24,000 nt of DNA from Orbus mooreae (GTDB taxonomy: Bacteria > Pseudomonadota > Gammaproteobacteria > Enterobacterales > Orbaceae), in assembly GCF_036251205.1 (NCBI RefSeq), contig NZ_CP133958.1; one strand, 5' to 3'. Under the pieces are notes generated by a model. That model searched no databases. It saw only the letters and a program-made list of their open reading frames with translations, and was not told where the DNA came from. Both the position numbers and the translations under genes were made by a program. Below are positions 19,839 to 24,000 of the stretch, piece by piece (positions within the stretch are counted from its first letter, which is position 1; every line of letters starts with the position of its first letter).

Positions 19839-20345
19839 TTATTTACTATTAAGACGTTCTATTTTCTTCATTTTTTGTTCAATACGTTGACGTTTTAATG
19901 GAGAAAGATAATCAACAAATAGTTTACCCATTAAATGATCCATTTCATGCTGAATACAGATCGCTAACAAGCCATCAGCTTCGATTTCATAAGATTGGCC
20001 ATTTCGATCTAGTGCTTTAATTTTTATCGTTTCAGATCGAGGAACAAAACCACGGCTATCAGGTACAGATAAGCAGCCTTCTTCAATACCTGTTTCTCCT
20101 GCTTTACTGATAACTTCAGGATTAATAATCACATAGACATGATCGTGGTTCTCAGATACATCAATAACAATAATGCGCTGATGGACATCCACTTGTGTCG
20201 CAGCAAGGCCAATACCTTCTTCTGCGTACATGGTCTCTATCATATCATCAATAGTTGTTTGTAATTCTGATGTTATTTCGTCAACTGGTTTAGCAACTTT
20301 GCGTAACCGCTCATCAGGAAAACGTAATACTGGTAAAATAGCCAT
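19839..20345 (-). CDS. def: Peptide deformylase
   Basis: The 168 aa product has the three deformylase motifs [14 protein letters not shown] and QHEMDH. Confidence 0.95.
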   Translation of the reverse strand: MAILPVLRFPDERLRKVAKPVDEITSELQTTIDDMIETMYAEEGIGLAATQVDVHQRIIVIDVSENHDHVYVIINPEVISKAGETGIEEGCLSVPDSRGFVPRSETIKIKALDRNGQSYEIEADGLLAICIQHEMDHLMGKLFVDYLSPLKRQRIEQKMKKIERLNSK

Positions 20346-20453
20346 AAATTTTTCGATCTTCCTCTAAATAATCTTTTACTTACTAAAATGCATTTTAAAC
20401 GTTAATTAGACTGTTGAGTAGCCCTTAATTCCTATTAGTAAAATAGTGACTCT

Positions 20454-21518
20454 ATGAATAGATATGAATTCTTAATTCGATTTTCAATAGTAAACAATAA
20501 AAAACCAAGCAAAATTAGACAGTATCTTTTACAAAATTCAACAAATATTAACTATTGTTCACTATTATCTAAACTAAATTTTAGTTCAGAACAAATTGAT
20601 CAATTCTATCAATATGATATTACAAAAATAGTTAATTGGCTTGAACAAGATAACCATTTTTTAATAACTTATAATGATTTTCAGTATCCACTGCAACTCA
20701 CACAAATTAGTAGTCCACCGTTGTTACTATTTGGTATCGGTAATGCTGATTTATTATCTACTCCGCAAATAGCGATGGTCGGTAGCCGCACTTTTAGTGA
20801 ATATGGAGCTCAATGGGCCCGATATTTTGCTAGAGAACTAGCAATCAATGGACTAACCATTACCAGTGGACTAGCATTAGGGATTGATGCAATTTGTCAT
20901 AGAGGAACGCTTGAAGTATCAGGTAAAACTATTGCTGTTTTAGGTAGTGGGCTTGCTAATATTACACCAAGAACAAACTACCATTTAGCGAGAGATATTT
21001 TAGCCACAGATGGTGTAATAATTTCAGAGTTTTTACCCAATGAAGTAGCAAAACCCCAACATTTTCCGCGCCGAAATCGTATTATCAGTGGTCTAAGTTT
21101 AGGTACTTTTGTTATTGAAGCATCAGAGAAAAGTGGTTCACTCATCACCGCCCGTTATGCACTTGAACAAAATCGCGATGTTTTTGCTTTACCTGGTGAT
21201 ATTGGAAATGAAAATAGTGAAGGTACTCATTGGCTTATCAAACAAGGCGCTTATTTAGTCAGTAAACCGATCGATATTTTAGAACACTATGCAAGTAGTT
21301 TAGTATGGGTAAAGCAGAAAATTGAAACTCAGCATCTGAGTAATAGTACCATTATTCATCCCGATATTTTTGCTCTTCTCAATAAGGATCCAATACCTAT
21401 TGATACGATTGCTGACAAAACAGATCAATCGGTAACAGATATTGCGATTAAGTTAATTGAATTAGAGTTAGCTGGATTAATTAAATCTATAAATGGAGGA
21501 TATATTCGTCATAAATAA
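20454..21518 (+). CDS. dprA: DNA-processing protein DprA/Smf
   Basis: The 354 aa product is colinear with E. coli Smf (VGSR..S.YG..W, ITSGLA.GID...H..AL, FP.RNRIISGLS.G..V.EA...SGSL.TAR.ALEQ.R.VFALPG.IGN..SEG.HWLIKQGA, ELELAG). As in E. coli it is divergent from def. The start codon is weakly supported. Confidence 0.9.
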   Translation: MNRYEFLIRFSIVNNKKPSKIRQYLLQNSTNINYCSLLSKLNFSSEQIDQFYQYDITKIVNWLEQDNHFLITYNDFQYPLQLTQISSPPLLLFGIGNADLLSTPQIAMVGSRTFSEYGAQWARYFARELAINGLTITSGLALGIDAICHRGTLEVSGKTIAVLGSGLANITPRTNYHLARDILATDGVIISEFLPNEVAKPQHFPRRNRIISGLSLGTFVIEASEKSGSLITARYALEQNRDVFALPGDIGNENSEGTHWLIKQGAYLVSKPIDILEHYASSLVWVKQKIETQHLSNSTIIHPDIFALLNKDPIPIDTIADKTDQSVTDIAIKLIELELAGLIKSINGGYIRHK

Positions 21519-21592
21519 AGTTAATTCTATAACGGAATTAAGCTAAAAGTGATACTATATTAAGCAATTAATTTCTTGATATATTAATCAAT

Positions 21593-22153
21593 ATGACAAT
21601 CTTATCCGTGACAGAATCATGTCAAATATTAAACGATGGTAAAGTTATTGCTTACCCAACAGAAGCAGTTTTTGGCTTAGGTTGTGATCCCGATTGTGAA
21701 AATGCAGTATTAACTATTTTGTCATTAAAAAAACGGCCAGTTGAGAAGGGGTTAATATTAATTGCCGAAAATTTTGATCAACTTATCCCCTACATAGATA
21801 TACAATCTATCACTGAACAGCAAAAGGACTTGATGCTTAGTTCTTGGCCGGGACCAGTCACTTGGGTAGTACCTAAAAATAAAAATACCCCTTATTTTTT
21901 ATCAGGTCAGTTTGACTCAATTGCTATTAGAGTAACCGATCACCCTTTAGTTGGTAAAATCTGTAAAGTTTTTAACAAACCACTAGTTTCAACAAGCGCT
22001 AATCTTTCTGGCATTGAACCCTGTCGAACGGTCGAGGAAGTTGAAAAACAGTTTGGCAAAAATTTTCCCGTACTTGGTGGAGAAACAGGTAAGCGTATCA
22101 ATCCTTCAGAAATTCGCGATATAAAAACAGGTAAAATTATTAGGCAGGGCTAA
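21593..22153 (+). CDS. tsaC: L-threonylcarbamoyladenylate synthase (t6A biosynthesis), TsaC/YrdC type
   Basis: The 186 aa product is colinear with E. coli TsaC ([77 protein letters not shown]...RQG). Confidence 0.9.
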   Translation: MTILSVTESCQILNDGKVIAYPTEAVFGLGCDPDCENAVLTILSLKKRPVEKGLILIAENFDQLIPYIDIQSITEQQKDLMLSSWPGPVTWVVPKNKNTPYFLSGQFDSIAIRVTDHPLVGKICKVFNKPLVSTSANLSGIEPCRTVEEVEKQFGKNFPVLGGETGKRINPSEIRDIKTGKIIRQG

Positions 22154-22155
22154 AA

Positions 22156-23262
22156 ATGCAACATTCACTCTATATTGGTGTTATGTCAGGAACAAGTTTA
22201 GATGGCGTAGACATTGCGTTGGTTGATATATCAAACAATAACATATCATTAATAGCCAGTGAGTGTTACGCAATACCTGAAGATCTTAAATTAGCGTTAT
22301 TAACACTTTGTGAAAAAAAGTACAGTAGCTTAGAAAAATTAGGCCAAATTGATCATCAATTAGGTAAACTTTATGCCACAACAATAAATGATTTTATTCA
22401 AAAATATCAAATAAAAGATGTCATTGCCATTGGCTGCCATGGCCAAACTGTATTTCACTCACCTAATGGTGGGTATCCATTTACGATGCAAATAGGCGAT
22501 AGTAATATTATTGCAGCTAAAACAGGCATAACTACTGTTGCTGATTTTCGTCGTAAAGATATGGCTTTTTGTGGGCAAGGAGCACCTCTTGTTCCAGCTT
22601 TCCACCAATCTATTTTTGCTACAGATGATAAAAATAGAATTGTATTAAATATAGGTGGAATTAGTAATATTACTGTTTTAATCCCAAATCAGCCAGTTAT
22701 TGGATTCGATACAGGTCCTGGTAATGTATTATTAGATAGCTGGATAATGGAAAAACAAAGCCAGCCTTATGATAAAGATGGAAATTGGGCAAAAACAGGT
22801 AAGGTTAATAGATCATTATTAAATGAGTTTTTCGATGAATCTTATTTTGCACTCCCTTATCCAAAAAGTACTGGTCGAGAACTATTTAATTTAAGTTGGT
22901 TGAAACAAAAATTAGTAAAATATGATCTATCCCCTCAAGATATACAAGCCACGCTTGTTGAATTAACAGCTAAATCAATCGCAGATCAATTGATAAATTT
23001 ACCCCATTTAAACAATTTACCTTGTGAATTATTAGTGTGTGGTGGTGGGGCAAGAAATTTACTAATAATGGAAAGATTAGCAAAACTATTACCAAATTGG
23101 CAAATAATGACTACCGATAAATTGGGTATTAGTAGTGATTATATGGAAGCAATGGCATTTGCTTGGTTAGCTTATTGCCGAATAAATAATTTAACAAGCA
23201 ATTTACCGAGTGTAACAGGTGCAACACAAGCTGTTAGCTTAGGTGTAATATATCCAAAATAA
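22156..23262 (+). CDS. anmK: Anhydro-N-acetylmuramic acid kinase
   Basis: The 368 aa product has the N-terminal [11 protein letters not shown] motif, then HGQT..H, DFR..D...[29 protein letters not shown] and KSTGRE.F. Its ATG is 2 nt after the tsaC stop. Confidence 0.92.
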   Translation: MQHSLYIGVMSGTSLDGVDIALVDISNNNISLIASECYAIPEDLKLALLTLCEKKYSSLEKLGQIDHQLGKLYATTINDFIQKYQIKDVIAIGCHGQTVFHSPNGGYPFTMQIGDSNIIAAKTGITTVADFRRKDMAFCGQGAPLVPAFHQSIFATDDKNRIVLNIGGISNITVLIPNQPVIGFDTGPGNVLLDSWIMEKQSQPYDKDGNWAKTGKVNRSLLNEFFDESYFALPYPKSTGRELFNLSWLKQKLVKYDLSPQDIQATLVELTAKSIADQLINLPHLNNLPCELLVCGGGARNLLIMERLAKLLPNWQIMTTDKLGISSDYMEAMAFAWLAYCRINNLTSNLPSVTGATQAVSLGVIYPK

Positions 23263-23286
23263 CAAAATAAATAAGGAATATAAAAA

Positions 23287-23663
23287 ATGATAAAATATGC
23301 CTTTAATTCATGGATTAATGGTTATAAAAAATAGGTTGTTACTATGGACGAGAAAGACGCAGTGCTTTTGGTTTTTTTCTTATAATTCAGTTTATTTTAT
23401 TTATAATATTAGGATTAATCTGTTCTAGATTATTACGCGAAATGCCTGGTTTTAGTAGTGGAGTCGAAGACTTTATAGCACTAGTTTATTGCGCTATCTC
23501 ATTGTTAACCACACTACCATATAATATTAGACGATTACATGACGCTAATTTATCTGGTTGGTTATGTTTATTATATTTTGGATTTGCTGGAATAGTAATA
23601 TTAGTATCAATATTTTTACAACCAACAAAAGGGGATAATAAATACGGACCCTCTCCAAAATAG
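23287..23663 (+). pseudogene. DUF805 (YhaH/YhaI-like) inner-membrane protein gene with a frameshift in an A6 run
   Basis: An AAGGAA RBS precedes the ATG at 23287. The frame reads MIKYAFNSWINGYKK and then hits TAG at 23332. The -1 frame continues IGCYYGRERRSAFGFFLIIQFILFIILGL... into the track ORF 23442..23663 (IRRLHDANLSGW, GDNKYGPSPK). Joined, these give the full DUF805 architecture (Y..F.GR.RRS, RRLHD...SGW, G.N.YGP.P). One extra A in A6 (23326..23331) would restore the frame. Confidence 0.6.
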
Positions 23664-23696
23664 GTAGATTAAATCAATTACTACAAATTAACACTA

Positions 23697-23726
23697 ATTG
23701 AGTGTAATAGATCAATTACACTCAAT
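23697..23726. repeat. Perfect 12 bp inverted repeat between the convergent DUF805 and HAD genes
   Basis: ATTGAGTGTAAT-AGATCA-ATTACACTCAAT. The right arm reaches the first base of the HAD stop codon. There is no clear U-tract on either side, so terminator function is uncertain. Confidence 0.4.
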
Positions 23727-24000
23727 CATATTAATCCAAAATGTTTTAATCCATTCTCTATACCATTATTATTATTATTATCAGTAATAAATTTTGCAAG
23801 TTTCTTTAACGGTTCAACACAATTCCCCATCGCAATAGGGTTATCGACTAACTGAAACATCTCTATATCGTTTAAGCCATCACCAAATGCATAAGTTGGT
23901 ATACCAGAAAATCCTTTATTTTCTAATAATTTTTGAATTCCAAATGCCTTAGAACCACCAGAATTAAAAACATCAACACAATAAGGTGTATTGCGTACAA
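23726..24000 (-). CDS. Cof-type HAD-IIB phosphatase, C-terminal about 90 codons; the gene runs off the window end
   Basis: Hand translation of the minus strand gives ...VDVFNSGGSKAFGIQKLLENKGFSGIPTYAFGDGLNDIEMFQLVDNPIAMGNCVEPLKKLAKFITDNNNNNGIENGLKHFGLI*. The SK...G and GDG.ND..M...AMGN motifs are HAD motifs III/IV of the Cof subfamily. Confidence 0.8.
   Translation of the reverse strand, partial: VRNTPYCVDVFNSGGSKAFGIQKLLENKGFSGIPTYAFGDGLNDIEMFQLVDNPIAMGNCVEPLKKLAKFITDNNNNNGIENGLKHFGLI

Noticed and set aside
21521-21541. The hairpin TTAATTC-TATAACG-GAATTAA after dprA, as a possible terminator.
   Set aside because: It is a 7 bp all-AT/low-GC stem without a U-tract, so it is probably not a functional terminator. 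dprA and tsaC may be co-transcribed.
23323-23334. Programmed -1 ribosomal frameshifting or transcriptional slippage at TAT-AAA-AAA-TAG in the DUF805 gene.
   Set aside because: The run is only six A and is not a full X-XXY-YYZ heptamer (T precedes it). I saw no downstream stimulatory hairpin or upstream SD-like stimulator. Productive transcriptional slippage generally needs longer runs. Sequencing error or a simple frameshift mutation is more parsimonious.

Overview
This is an AT-rich gammaproteobacterial chromosome segment. Gene content and local synteny (satP next to dnaK-dnaJ; def, dprA, tsaC) resemble Enterobacterales, Orbales or Pasteurellales, but the taxon is inference only. All protein calls come from reading the supplied translations against remembered E. 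coli homologues; no searches were run. Almost everything is core metabolism or housekeeping. In order: metC (partial), an AcpT-like phosphopantetheinyl transferase, ung fused to a gntR-gntK-edd gluconate/Entner-Doudoroff cluster, and grcA. Then comes a split lactose module, with lacY and lacZ convergent and a GalR-type repressor upstream of lacZ. After that: dnaK-dnaJ with a sigma32 promoter, satP, and a three-gene patch without conserved synteny (a secreted-protein gene with one in-frame TAA, an Old Yellow Enzyme flavoreductase, an HxlR regulator). The window ends with a monocistronic def, dprA, tsaC, anmK, a frameshifted DUF805 membrane-protein gene and a partial Cof-type HAD phosphatase. 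I found no rRNA, tRNA, CRISPR array, transposase, integrase or phage genes, and no convincing novel multi-gene system. I consider this an ordinary core region with a few modest curiosities. (1) lacY and lacZ each carry the same promoter layout as E. coli gal P1: a LacI-family operator 19 bp upstream of a CRP-like box, then a -10. (2) A 474-codon secreted-protein gene is intact except for a single TAA just after its signal peptide. (3) A DUF805 gene is broken by a one-base deficit in an A6 run. (4) The dnaK-dnaJ spacer is unusually long and rich in inverted repeats. (5) def ends in its own terminator and has no fmt downstream.
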